50,058 nt of DNA from a virus (IMGVR_UViG_3300025313_000023:1-50058), one strand, 5' to 3'; shown: positions 9,911 through 18,506, numbered from the stretch's first letter. Numbers and translations are program-made. The notes: generated from the letters alone by a model not told the origin.

Positions 9911-10578
9911 CCGCCATCCAGCTTGCCGGCCGCCACGACGCGCCCGAGGAAAGTCTCGTACTGCCCCGGCGTGTCCACATCCGAGCTCCAGTCCGAGACA
10001 CGATGGAAGCCAACGCCGCCAACCTGCTGACTGCCGTACTCCAATCCCGACCATCGCCACCAGAGAGAGCGAAGTTTCCCGATCGCGCCAGCCTCGGCCT
10101 GCTCTACCTCGATCTTCAGCATCCGGCGGAGTTTGGCCTGCTGCGTCCCGACGAAGCTCAGGGCGAAAATCTCCTTCTCATGGCCGAAGAACACCATCGG
10201 CCCGCGATAAGCCATGATCCTGTCGATCACCGGCAGGCTGTAGACCGTGTCGCCCAGCAGGACCACCGTTTGCCCGGTGCGCCCGGACCCGGACCAGACC
10301 GGATCCGTCGACATCAGGGTCTCCACGATCCACCGATGACGGGCGGGCTCGAACAGCGAGCCTTCCAGCCAGGCGTCCGAGAGATCCGCCAGATGCGTCA
10401 CCAGAACCGCCGACGCCCGGGCGATCCCCCGGTCTGCAAGCTGGCGCCGGATGCGGGCCAGGATCGTTTCTCCACCCGGACGGTCGCCATTGAATGTCTC
10501 GATCGGCAGGAGCTGCTTCAGTCCGCCTTGGAAGCGGGTCGCCTCGCCAGCGGCCAGGACCAGCACGACGGGTGTCAT
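9907..10578 (-). CDS. NTP-transferase (sugar/phospho-nucleotidyltransferase fold)
   Basis: VLVLAAGEATRF...KQLL, LLGD, DVDTP motifs. Confidence 0.8.
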   Translation of the reverse strand: MTPVVLVLAAGEATRFQGGLKQLLPIETFNGDRPGGETILARIRRQLADRGIARASAVLVTHLADLSDAWLEGSLFEPARHRWIVETLMSTDPVWSGSGRTGQTVVLLGDTVYSLPVIDRIMAYRGPMVFFGHEKEIFALSFVGTQQAKLRRMLKIEVEQAEAGAIGKLRSLWWRWSGLEYGSQQVGGVGFHRVSDWSSDVDTPGQYETFLGRVVAAGKLDGG

Positions 10579-10697
10579 GGCAGGCGGAGCCCGAAATAGG
10601 CCAAAGCCGCGCAGAGCAGTAGCAAGGCGACCAAACCGGCCCCAAATGCCACCAAAGCCGTCTGAACGGACCGGGGGCCGAGAGGGCTAGGAGGCAT
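10575..10697 (-). CDS. 40-aa single-pass membrane protein
   Basis: GGAGG RBS; MPPSPLGPRSVQTALVAFGAGLVALLLLCAALAYFGLRLP; stop overlaps the next ATG. Confidence 0.5.
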   Translation of the reverse strand: MPPSPLGPRSVQTALVAFGAGLVALLLLCAALAYFGLRLP

Positions 10698-11079
10698 CGC
10701 GCAACCTCCATACAGGATAAGGGCCCCGTATTTTGTTGAGAGTCGGCGTGAGCGACGTAATCATTATCTGCTCAAGGTGGAGCAATTCCATGCCCTCGCA
10801 TTCCCAGGCGGCCACGAACACGCCCCGCTTGAAGATTTCTCTACGCAGTCCCTTCGGACCACTTGGCCATGGGCTGTTCTTCAGACTTTTCCATCGTTCA
10901 CAAAGATTCTTCGAGGCACCCACATATAGGCAACGACCTTCACAGTCGAATATGGCATAGACGGCCTTCATGGTCGGAAGTTGCCGACAGCCTACGTGAC
11001 CCGGGAAGACCCTCGCGCCATGAAGATTAGCTACCGTACCGTCAGCGATCATCCTCGTCGCTCCATCCAGGATCCGCAT
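10687..11079 (-). CDS. GIY-YIG nuclease
   Basis: AVYAIFD...LYVGASKNLCERW...LEQ..I...P.LN. Confidence 0.8.
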   Translation of the reverse strand: MRILDGATRMIADGTVANLHGARVFPGHVGCRQLPTMKAVYAIFDCEGRCLYVGASKNLCERWKSLKNSPWPSGPKGLRREIFKRGVFVAAWECEGMELLHLEQIMITSLTPTLNKIRGPYPVWRLRDAS

Positions 11080-11230
11080 CGAGAATCTGACGAACAGCCT
11101 CGTGGCTTATCCCTAGCCTCTCGCCGATCTGGCGCAAGCTCAGGTGTTCCGTCTCTTGCAGACGCTGGATCTGCCGGCGGCGTTCTATGCGCTCGCTCAG
11201 CGCCTTGGTCAACTCGGCTATGGTACGCAT
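11042..11230 (-). CDS. Small HTH protein (sigma70 region 4-like)
   Basis: LSLRQIGERLGISHEAVRQIL; first gene after the leftward promoter. Confidence 0.75.
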   Translation of the reverse strand: MRTIAELTKALSERIERRRQIQRLQETEHLSLRQIGERLGISHEAVRQILDADPGWSDEDDR

Positions 11231-11246
11231 GTCCTAGGCTGTCTCG

Positions 11247-11275
11247 ATCCTAGCATGGTACCCGTATACCGTCAA
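11247..11275 (-). promoter_or_regulatory. Leftward sigma70-type promoter
   Basis: TTGACG-17 bp-TAGGAT with TGn extension. Confidence 0.75.
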
Positions 11276-11282
11276 GAGGGTC

Positions 11283-11311
11283 TTGACAGCCATCGAATTC
11301 TGTGGCACAAT
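11283..11311 (+). promoter_or_regulatory. Rightward sigma70-type early promoter
   Basis: TTGACA-17 bp-CACAAT with TGn extension. Confidence 0.8.
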
Positions 11312-11336
11312 CGTGCCAGATCAGAGAGGCACCAGA

Positions 11337-11549
11337 ATGAGATTCGCTGTCAAAAGGACATCCTCGTCGGACGATGACAAGAGTCCATGTCCCGGAGCGT
11401 GGCAGGAGAGAGATGCCAAAGGCGCGCCTAAGGGATGGTTTCTGGAGATCGAGGATCTCGCATCCCTTTTGCGATTGGCCGAGGAGGAGGGCACGTTGGT
11501 TGTGAGCAAGAAGCCATCTATTGAGATATACGATGACTACAGAGAGTAG
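11337..11549 (+). CDS. Conserved phage hypothetical protein (C-terminal IEIYDDYRE)
   Basis: GAGG RBS; first gene of the rightward operon. Confidence 0.7.
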   Translation: MRFAVKRTSSSDDDKSPCPGAWQERDAKGAPKGWFLEIEDLASLLRLAEEEGTLVVSKKPSIEIYDDYRE

Positions 11550-11585
11550 TTCGCCGACCGAACTCGAAGCAGGAGAAGGTGCCAG

Positions 11586-11771
11586 ATGAGACTACCGAAC
11601 CGGATCAGCGTCCCAGAACTCAGCCAAGCAGGATCGAGGCGTAGCCGGCGGCAGTTTGGCCGGGGGTCGCTCCTGCACGCCGTAGCATTCCAGATCGGCA
11701 AGGACGAGGGGCTGACGAAGCGGGAAGCCTACGCCCGGGCCGAAGCCTATCTGCGGGCGCGGGAGGCCTGA
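11586..11771 (+). CDS. Basic hypothetical protein
   Basis: AGGAG/AAGGT RBS, operon packing. Confidence 0.55.
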   Translation: MRLPNRISVPELSQAGSRRSRRQFGRGSLLHAVAFQIGKDEGLTKREAYARAEAYLRAREA

Positions 11772-11772
11772 G

Positions 11773-11928
11773 ATGCCCGAGAGTCTGCCGCCCCTGAGCG
11801 AAGACGTCGGCGAGCCAGGAATCGACTACCGTGACATCGATCGAGAGATCGACGATGCCCAAGCCCTCCAGGCCGACCAGGACGAGCGCGACGGCTGGGC
11901 ATCCGACGACTGTGACTACGGAGACTAA
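11773..11928 (+). CDS. Highly acidic 51-aa protein
   Basis: GGGAGG RBS; 18 D/E versus 3 R; fills the gap between neighbours; not in the ORF track. Confidence 0.6.
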   Translation: MPESLPPLSEDVGEPGIDYRDIDREIDDAQALQADQDERDGWASDDCDYGD

Positions 11929-11929
11929 G

Positions 11930-12250
11930 ATGAGAATCTTCTACGACCAATTCCCGGATCACGACGGAAAGGCTGTCTCTGTCATGAGCTCGTCCCTGGC
12001 ATTTGAGGGACCCCATTGCCGGATATACGTCGGCGATACCACCAATGCACACCTCAACCTAGACGGAGCGCGGCGAGTCATAGATGCCCTGACTGCCTTC
12101 ATCAGCGAGGCAGAATCGGGCGAGGCAGTGGAGGATCTGCTTCAACTGACAGCGAGCGTCGCACGGGCGTTCGATGTCCAGAGCAACATCGTGGAGCAGA
12201 ACCTCTTGGTCGAGGAGGCCAAGCGTCTGGCAAAGAAGTACGCCAACTGA
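11930..12250 (+). CDS. Hypothetical protein
   Basis: GGAG RBS before ATG 11930. Confidence 0.65.
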   Translation: MRIFYDQFPDHDGKAVSVMSSSLAFEGPHCRIYVGDTTNAHLNLDGARRVIDALTAFISEAESGEAVEDLLQLTASVARAFDVQSNIVEQNLLVEEAKRLAKKYAN

Positions 12251-12329
12251 TGCCCTGACCACGCCGCTCGGTTCCCGACGGTCGGGAATGGGGCGGCCGG
12301 CGAGCGCACCAGCTCGGAGGAGAGACGCG

Positions 12330-13130
12330 ATGGACGAGGGCAAAGAGATCATCCCGGCGGAGCAGGTCTACCTCGGAACGATTACAGTACCACCCGAGCA
12401 GGTCGTGGCTACCGCGACCCGCGTGGCGACGGCACTCAAGAAAGTCATCGACGACCGCAAACTCTTCAGCGTCATTCAGGGCGGCAAGCATGTGCATGTC
12501 GACGGATGGACCACCCTCGGCGCCATGCTCGGTGTCCTCCCTCGAGAGGTATCGGCCGAGAGGCAGGAGGATGGCGGCTATGTCGCCACGGTCGAGCTCG
12601 TGAGGGTCTCAGATGGGATGGTGATCGGACGGGCCTCGTCCCTCTGCGGCATGGACGAGGTGGATCGGAGCGGGAAGGCGTCATGGGGATCGAAGCCGGA
12701 GTATGCCCGCCGATCAATGGCCGTCACCCGCGCGACCGGCAAGGCCTACCGCCTCGGCTTCGCCTGGATCATGGAACTCGCCGGTTATAAGACCACGCCG
12801 GCTGAGGAGATGTCCTTCGTCGAGGCTCAGTTCCGGGATGAGACGCCGAAGCCCGCCGTGACGGAGGAGTCTGCGGCCGCACAGCCAGGTTGGCTCGAGG
12901 TCCTGACCGCCAAGGACGAGGCCTGGCTGATCGAGAAGAAGATCATCCCGCCAGGCCAGAAGCGCCAGCATGTCGCATCGCTCCTCGACCTGCTCTTCAA
13001 GCCAGGTGAGGATTTCAAGAACGAGCGCGGCCTTCTGAAACTCAAGGCCTACCGCGGCGCCCGTGATAGCGGCCTCAAGTCCTTCGAAGCCGCCGCCAAT
13101 GCCAACGCTGCGCTGAAGGATCAGCCGTGA
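12330..13130 (+). CDS. Single-strand annealing protein (Rad52/Red-beta-like)
   Basis: VDGW...RSMAVTRATGKAYR...TPAEEM; GGAGG RBS. Confidence 0.7.
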   Translation: MDEGKEIIPAEQVYLGTITVPPEQVVATATRVATALKKVIDDRKLFSVIQGGKHVHVDGWTTLGAMLGVLPREVSAERQEDGGYVATVELVRVSDGMVIGRASSLCGMDEVDRSGKASWGSKPEYARRSMAVTRATGKAYRLGFAWIMELAGYKTTPAEEMSFVEAQFRDETPKPAVTEESAAAQPGWLEVLTAKDEAWLIEKKIIPPGQKRQHVASLLDLLFKPGEDFKNERGLLKLKAYRGARDSGLKSFEAAANANAALKDQP

Positions 13131-13402
13131 CCACCACGCTCCGAGAACGCATCCGAGCCATCTTGGACGATCCCTTCCCGTTCGTCGACCTGAATGAGCG
13201 GGAGCGGCTCGCTCTCAGTTTGGCAGTGCGCGGCCAGCCCGTGTCGCAGATCGCCGGCGCCACGAAGCGGCCGAACCGGACGGCCTACCGCATCCTCGAG
13301 GGTGCGTTGGCGAAGCTGGCTTTTCACTACCACTGGCAGGTGACGCGCACGGACCTCCCGGGCCTCGTGCTCGATCGCATCATCGAGGAGTTGGAGAGAT
13401 AA
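13127..13402 (+). CDS. HTH DNA-binding protein (LuxR/sigma r4-like)
   Basis: LNERERLAL...GQPVSQIA...RTAYRILEGALAKL. Confidence 0.6.
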   Translation: MTTTLRERIRAILDDPFPFVDLNERERLALSLAVRGQPVSQIAGATKRPNRTAYRILEGALAKLAFHYHWQVTRTDLPGLVLDRIIEELER

Positions 13403-13404
13403 GA

Positions 13405-13572
13405 ATGACCCCCAGCGCCATATCGGACCTCGTTGAAGTCATAGCCATGCTTTTCGCCTTCTGGGCCGGTGCCGTTGCCATGTACTCAATCCATCACAAC
13501 CACACGGGATATTTCTGGCTTTCGATGGTCCTCTTGGCATTTGGCATAGCCGTACTAGCGTTGGTTCCATGA
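13405..13572 (+). CDS. 55-aa two-pass membrane protein
   Basis: GGAG RBS, two hydrophobic segments, stop overlaps the next ATG. Confidence 0.5.
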   Translation: MTPSAISDLVEVIAMLFAFWAGAVAMYSIHHNHTGYFWLSMVLLAFGIAVLALVP

Positions 13573-13874
13573 AGCGCACGCGTGAGCAACTGCTTCGGAT
13601 CGTGGCCATCCAGGCCGAGCTCGCCCGGCACGACCACACGCTCTATCAGCCCTTCGGCGGCCCGGCAGCCCATCGATCGTTCGTGGTGGCCGGCCGCTAT
13701 GAGCGCCTGCTCTGGGATCTGGCGACGAACGGCGGCCGAGAGACGAGAGAGGACATCGACACGAGGCAGGCCAAGGGCGGCGTCGAAACCGGCGGGCGCG
13801 CACTGCGCGGTGCCGCGTCCGGCGGGCAGGCCGGCGCCGTCCTTGAGCTTCCTCGTGGAGATCTCCATGCCTGA
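13569..13874 (+). CDS. Hypothetical protein
   Basis: Coupled ORF. Confidence 0.45.
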   Translation: MKRTREQLLRIVAIQAELARHDHTLYQPFGGPAAHRSFVVAGRYERLLWDLATNGGRETREDIDTRQAKGGVETGGRALRGAASGGQAGAVLELPRGDLHA

Positions 13875-14241
13875 GCCAGACACTCTCGCCAGCGCCGAAG
13901 ACCTGCGCCAGAGCATCGTCCCACTGGACAACTCCTGGGCGGAGCCGTCGCCTCTAACCTACGGCCGCCGGGCGAGCCTTGGAGCCCTGCTGGATACGAT
14001 CAGCGAGGAGGACGCCCTGCTCATGTCGGATGCCGACCTCCAGGCCGTCCGGGCGGATGCCATCGCCCGCTGGGCTCAGAAGGCGGACATTCCCTACCTC
14101 CAGCGGTCCCTGGCCGAGGTGGCACGGCAGCTCGATTGGATGGAGCGCGAGGAGCGCCGCCGGCGTCGGCTTTGGATCAAGGCGGCCATCGGCCTCGGCC
14201 TAGTTTGGGCCTGGATCATCCTGCTTCTGCACTGCAACTAG
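13867..14241 (+). CDS. Hypothetical protein with C-terminal TM anchor
   Basis: GGAG RBS; RRRRR followed by a hydrophobic tail. Confidence 0.6.
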   Translation: MPEPDTLASAEDLRQSIVPLDNSWAEPSPLTYGRRASLGALLDTISEEDALLMSDADLQAVRADAIARWAQKADIPYLQRSLAEVARQLDWMEREERRRRRLWIKAAIGLGLVWAWIILLLHCN

Positions 14242-14272
14242 CCGCAGCCCGGCGGCAGTCTCGAGAAGGAGA

Positions 14273-14863
14273 ATGGACATGAACCGCACCACGATCTTCG
14301 TTCTGCTCGGTCTATCGCTCGCCCTGAGCGGCTGCATCGTCGCCGCCCCCACACCGCAGATCATCGTCGTCACGGCCACCGCGGCACCATCCGCAACGAA
14401 GGCCCCGACAGCTGTCCCTCCAACCGCGACGCCCCGGCCGCTGCACCAAAGCCGGGCCACGTTCGATCCCGGATCGTCTTGGGAGCGGAGTTCTTGGCTC
14501 GATTCGACGTGCGCGAGCAATCAGAATGAATGCGCCGCCTGGGTGTTCGAGGACCAGGAGCTCGTCGGCGCCGTCTACGATGACGGCATAGGCTTCACCA
14601 TAACGCTACAGGGAACAGGGGACATCGACAAAGAGAGCTACGCTCTCCAAGCCGCCGCGAGTCGCTACGGCGTCTCAGATAAGGCCATTTTGGCGGCCGT
14701 CGACAGCGCCGCGAATTACAGCCAAGACACCCAGTTCGTCGGCGACTGGGGCTGGTCGGTGACCATCAGCGACGAATACCTGACCATTGTGTTCATCTTC
14801 GGACTCGATGTCATCGACAGTGGCAGCAGTGGCGGCGCGCCTGCCGACCAAGTCCAGGGCTAG
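14273..14863 (+). CDS. Lipoprotein with Pro/Thr-rich linker
   Basis: Signal peptide with lipobox LSG-C, then APTP...PTATPRP linker. Confidence 0.8.
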   Translation: MDMNRTTIFVLLGLSLALSGCIVAAPTPQIIVVTATAAPSATKAPTAVPPTATPRPLHQSRATFDPGSSWERSSWLDSTCASNQNECAAWVFEDQELVGAVYDDGIGFTITLQGTGDIDKESYALQAAASRYGVSDKAILAAVDSAANYSQDTQFVGDWGWSVTISDEYLTIVFIFGLDVIDSGSSGGAPADQVQG

Positions 14864-14866
14864 GAC

Positions 14867-14895
14867 TTGTACAGGACCGCCAAGCATGCTACTAT
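14867..14895 (+). promoter_or_regulatory. Sigma70-type promoter of the replication operon
   Basis: TTGTAC-17 bp-TACTAT with TGn extension. Confidence 0.65.
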
Positions 14896-14899
14896 GAAC

Positions 14900-15033
14900 G
14901 TGCCAGTTGTCTCCCCACCCCAAGGGCAAGGCGCATTGGCGAGCCGGGAATCAGGGGCGCGAGCCCCGACCTCCCTGCACAGACGACTGGCACCGACTGG
15001 CCATGCGCCTTGGCCTCGAGGTGGGGAGAGACA
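14900..15033 (+). ncRNA. Candidate structured leader RNA
   Basis: Several 10-13 bp complementary segments between the promoter and the RBS. Confidence 0.5.
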
Positions 15034-15047
15034 GGGAGGCGAGCTCG

Positions 15048-15404
15048 ATGTCACCAGCAGCATCCACATCACGAGAGGCCTACCGAGATCATGCAGTCTC
15101 CGGCAGGGCCACCACCCAGCGGGAGCGGATCTTGGCTTTCGTCCGCCGGGCAGGCCAGCCAGTCTCCAGGGCCACGATTGCTCACGCCTTCTCGTTCAGC
15201 TACCGAAACGGGATGTGCTTCGACGCCGGCTTGGACATTCCCCTCGCCTCGGTCTGTGGCCGAGTGAACGCCATGATCGAGGACAAGAGCCTGCGAGTGC
15301 TATCCGAGCCAGCCCGGGACCCATCCACTGGCCATCTCGTCGAGCTGCTCGAGGCGGTCTGGCCGGCGCCCAAGCAGCGGACCTTCGAGGACTTCATGCG
15401 ATAG
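15048..15404 (+). CDS. Winged-helix DNA-binding protein
   Basis: TSREAY...QRERILAFV...SRATIA...SVCGRVNAM; GGGAGG RBS. Confidence 0.65.
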   Translation: MSPAASTSREAYRDHAVSGRATTQRERILAFVRRAGQPVSRATIAHAFSFSYRNGMCFDAGLDIPLASVCGRVNAMIEDKSLRVLSEPARDPSTGHLVELLEAVWPAPKQRTFEDFMR

Positions 15405-15413
15405 GGGCCACTG

Positions 15414-15758
15414 ATGACAACAAGAACCGCCCTTCGTTCCATCACGTCTTGTTTCTACTGCGGAGTTCCTATCTCGCCAACTCCGGTTGTCCAGGAAACA
15501 GAAAGACTCGAACTGGATCATTTCTCGCCGCTTTCATGTGGTGGCCCAGATGTCGTCACGAATCTCGTTCCAGCGTGTCAACGTTGCAACCGGGCCAAGA
15601 AGGCTATGCAGCCACAAGAATGGGCCAACGAATGCTTCGATGCCTCCTACGATGCGATTCGTCGCCTACGATGGCTGATAGGCGATTCCGCCTATTGGCA
15701 ACTCATAAATCAACTCAATTTCGTTCAGGCGAACGCCAGTCTAATCGAGCAATCATGA
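15414..15758 (+). CDS. HNH endonuclease
   Basis: CFYCG...LDHFSPLSCGG...NLVPACQRCNRAK. Confidence 0.88.
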   Translation: MTTRTALRSITSCFYCGVPISPTPVVQETERLELDHFSPLSCGGPDVVTNLVPACQRCNRAKKAMQPQEWANECFDASYDAIRRLRWLIGDSAYWQLINQLNFVQANASLIEQS

Positions 15759-16603
15759 GCATCGAGGCCTGGAAGGCCGTCTTGCACGCGACTGGATTCA
15801 CGCCTACGGAGAAGCTCGTCCTACTGGCTCTCGCCAATCATGCCGACCCCCTCGGAAGACAGATCCGTCCCGGTGTTCCACGTTTGATGGTCTATACCTC
15901 GCTAGCAGAGCGGACCGTTCGCCGCACAATCTCTGATCTTGTCGTTGCCAGCATCTTGCGGCCGGTCGGAGAGAGAAGCCGATATGGATTCGTAGAGTAC
16001 GAGATGGATCTTGGCCAACTGTCAGATGTGGCGTCTCAAGACCTGCAGGACATGCACCTCTCAAAGAGCAACGGGGTGCCAGTCCGTCCCTCCAGGGGTG
16101 CACCTGAGTCCGCCAGGGGTGCACGTGAATCCCGATCTTCCATTAAGGAACCATCAATTAACCATCATCAGGAACCATCATATCCATCCACTCCAGCCGA
16201 GGCCTATTCGGCACGACCAGATGGCAAGCATCAGAAGGCCATTCTGAGAACTGCTCAATTGACATTCCAGGAATGCACGAAAATCACGGAACCATCAATC
16301 GGGACAGATAGCGAACGGAAGGCAGCTGGCCGACGTTGGTGGATTCCACTCCGCCGAATCTGCGAACTCGCCAAATGGGACGGAGAACGAGTCTGTTGGA
16401 TCATCACTGAGGCTGTAAAGCGACTTGATGGAAGGGTGACAATCGCCGCTCCGGGATCGATCCTGGCCACTTGCGAAGGAATTATCGGGGAATCCAACCG
16501 CGGCACGCTGCCCACGGGCACCATGACAAAGGCAGATCGGGACGCCAAAATGCTGTCGGAGCAGGAGCGGTTCCGGCGCCTGAAGAACGGGGAGCGAAAG
16601 TGA
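15755..16603 (+). CDS. Replication initiator (HTH_36, lambda O-like)
   Basis: TEKLVLLALANHAD...ERTVRRTISDL; internal iterons; followed by a DnaC-like gene. Confidence 0.8.
   Translation: MSIEAWKAVLHATGFTPTEKLVLLALANHADPLGRQIRPGVPRLMVYTSLAERTVRRTISDLVVASILRPVGERSRYGFVEYEMDLGQLSDVASQDLQDMHLSKSNGVPVRPSRGAPESARGARESRSSIKEPSINHHQEPSYPSTPAEAYSARPDGKHQKAILRTAQLTFQECTKITEPSIGTDSERKAAGRRWWIPLRRICELAKWDGERVCWIITEAVKRLDGRVTIAAPGSILATCEGIIGESNRGTLPTGTMTKADRDAKMLSEQERFRRLKNGERK
16071..16190. repeat. Putative replication origin: iterons plus A-rich repeats
   Basis: CCAGGGGTGCACSTGARTCC at 16092 and 16113, degenerate copy near 16071; AACCATCA at 16149, 16160, 16173. Confidence 0.65.
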
Positions 16604-17484
16604 CAACTTGGCCCTGGAACATCGCCGCCATCGCCGACGGGAATCTGATCGGCGCAGAGCTTAGAGCGATTGAAGTGGGAGCTATGGTCGGCTGCCAGCC
16701 GGAGATGGTGCCCGGCGCGTGCACGAACTGCGGCGGACGCGAATTCATGGCGGCCTGGCGGATCGAGATAAATGGCAATCGTCACTATTTCGGTCCAGGA
16801 TGGGGTGACTGGCGACCGGCCAGCTTGCAGACACAGCCATGCCCCGTATGCCAAGGCTCGGTCCGGATGGAGGCGCTCCAAGACATTTCTGGCTTGGGTG
16901 GCCTCGTCCTTGACGGCAAAGCCGCTGGCAGTCTGCGCCTTGATGCTTTCCGCCCAGAGACCGGCCAAGTTGACGCGCTGGAAGCATGCCGACGGCTACT
17001 CGTTGAGCTCCCCAGTCCGCGCACCTGGGCTCTGTTCTTCGGTGGGTACGGAACGGGAAAGACGCATCTGCTATGTTGCTTGGTGAACGCCTGCCTGCTG
17101 ATGGACGTCGCGGCCCGATACACCACCGCAGAGGGCATCCTGCGTAGCCTTCGGGCCACGTTCGATGGGCGGCACGGCACAGAGGCAATTCGCCAGGAAC
17201 TCGAGAACATCCGCGTGCTCGTCGTCGACGAGATCGATCGCGTGAAGCTCAGCGATTGGGCTGGCGAGACCTTATTCGGCATCCTGAATGCACGATACAC
17301 GCACGGCCTCGCGACTTGGTGCGCGACCAACAAGGCACCCAATGAGCTGGAGGCCTCCGAGGTCTATGGAGCCTTGGTAAGCCGTCTCTCCTCTGGCGAG
17401 ATGGTCGCTATCACAGGGGACGACATGCGGCCAATGGCCCAGACACAGCTTCCCGACCGTCGGGATGGAACGGCGGCGGGGTGA
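16600..17484 (+). CDS. DnaC/IstB-like AAA+ helicase loader
   Basis: CxxC pairs, Walker A GGYGTGKT, Walker B VLVVDE, RY...ATN...SRL...GDDMR. Confidence 0.88.
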   Translation: MTTWPWNIAAIADGNLIGAELRAIEVGAMVGCQPEMVPGACTNCGGREFMAAWRIEINGNRHYFGPGWGDWRPASLQTQPCPVCQGSVRMEALQDISGLGGLVLDGKAAGSLRLDAFRPETGQVDALEACRRLLVELPSPRTWALFFGGYGTGKTHLLCCLVNACLLMDVAARYTTAEGILRSLRATFDGRHGTEAIRQELENIRVLVVDEIDRVKLSDWAGETLFGILNARYTHGLATWCATNKAPNELEASEVYGALVSRLSSGEMVAITGDDMRPMAQTQLPDRRDGTAAG

Positions 17485-17936
17485 TCTTCAGAAACGCACT
17501 CGCCCAGGCGATCCTGGCCGGCCGCAAGAGCCAGACGAGACGCATCGCCCGCAAAGGTGAGCTCCTCTCCAGGAATGGTCACGGCCATCCAGCGGTCGTC
17601 GTTCCCGGGCCCAACGGATCCCGCATCCGATACCAAGTCGGCAATGTCTACGCCGTCCAGAACGGGCGCGGACTGAAGGCGATCGGCCGCATACGTCTGA
17701 TGTCGATCTCGTCGGAGCACCTGCAGGAGATCAGCCCGATTGAGGCGGCGATGGAAGGGGTGGAGCCAGACTACATGCCGAGCCCGTGGGGCTTGCAACC
17801 TGCGTATCTACCGCCGTTCCGCCGACTCTGGGATCGTATCCATCCGAAGCGGCCCGAGCGATGGGAGGACGATCCCCTCGTCTGGGCACTCACATTCAAA
17901 CTTGAAGGAGAAAATGATGCCCGACATGAAACCTAA
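17481..17936 (+). CDS. ASCH-domain protein
   Basis: AILAGRKSQTRR...EHLQEIS...AAMEG...VWALTF. Confidence 0.82.
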   Translation: MIFRNALAQAILAGRKSQTRRIARKGELLSRNGHGHPAVVVPGPNGSRIRYQVGNVYAVQNGRGLKAIGRIRLMSISSEHLQEISPIEAAMEGVEPDYMPSPWGLQPAYLPPFRRLWDRIHPKRPERWEDDPLVWALTFKLEGENDARHET

Positions 17937-18186
17937 GACACCGGCTGAGGAGTGGCGAATGGGCCGTCAGGAATTCTACGGTGAGGATTCGATGTATGCC
18001 ATCGGTGATAGATTGGCAACCGCCCTCTCGGCCTCGCAGGAGCGGGTGCGGGAGCTGGAGGGAAGAATCGACGCGGCAGTCGCATACATCTATGGGGAAG
18101 ACGATCCAGATATGCCGGGTATGCCCTGGGCCATTCAGCATATCGTCCGCATTCTTGACGAGGCAGAGCGAGGAGGCCAGGGATGA
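17914..18186 (+). CDS. Hypothetical cassette gene with coiled-coil SQERVRELEG motif
   Basis: AAGGAG RBS; ends in connector copy 1. Confidence 0.65.
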   Translation: MMPDMKPKTPAEEWRMGRQEFYGEDSMYAIGDRLATALSASQERVRELEGRIDAAVAYIYGEDDPDMPGMPWAIQHIVRILDEAERGGQG

Positions 18187-18506
18187 GTGACACCAAGACG
18201 GTTCTACTGAGCGAGATGATGCACGCAGCGGAGAAGTCGGATGAGTGGCACTTCCCGATGAGCTGGACCGATAAAGTCGCGGAGCTAGAGATCACCCTCG
18301 CGGCCTCGCAGGAGCGGGTGCGGGAGCTGGTGGAAGGGAGAGCCCTGGCGGAGGCTTTGGTTTTGTCCCACGAGGGACACATCGCTACCCTAGAGAAGCA
18401 GATGCGTGAGCTGGAGGGGAAGTTGATTTTGATGACCGCCGAGCGGGATGCTGTTTGGTCGGAGCTGCACGGCCTACTCGGGCAGTTCGACAATACTGAC
18501 GCGTAG
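18183..18506 (+). CDS. Coiled-coil hypothetical cassette gene
   Basis: Starts in a connector; ASQERVREL and MRELEGKL motifs. Confidence 0.65.
   Translation: MSDTKTVLLSEMMHAAEKSDEWHFPMSWTDKVAELEITLAASQERVRELVEGRALAEALVLSHEGHIATLEKQMRELEGKLILMTAERDAVWSELHGLLGQFDNTDA

Noticed and set aside
14867-15754. Long N-terminal extension of the 578-aa ORF
   Set aside because: Overlaps a promoter, leader, wHTH and HNH genes; the real initiator starts at 15755
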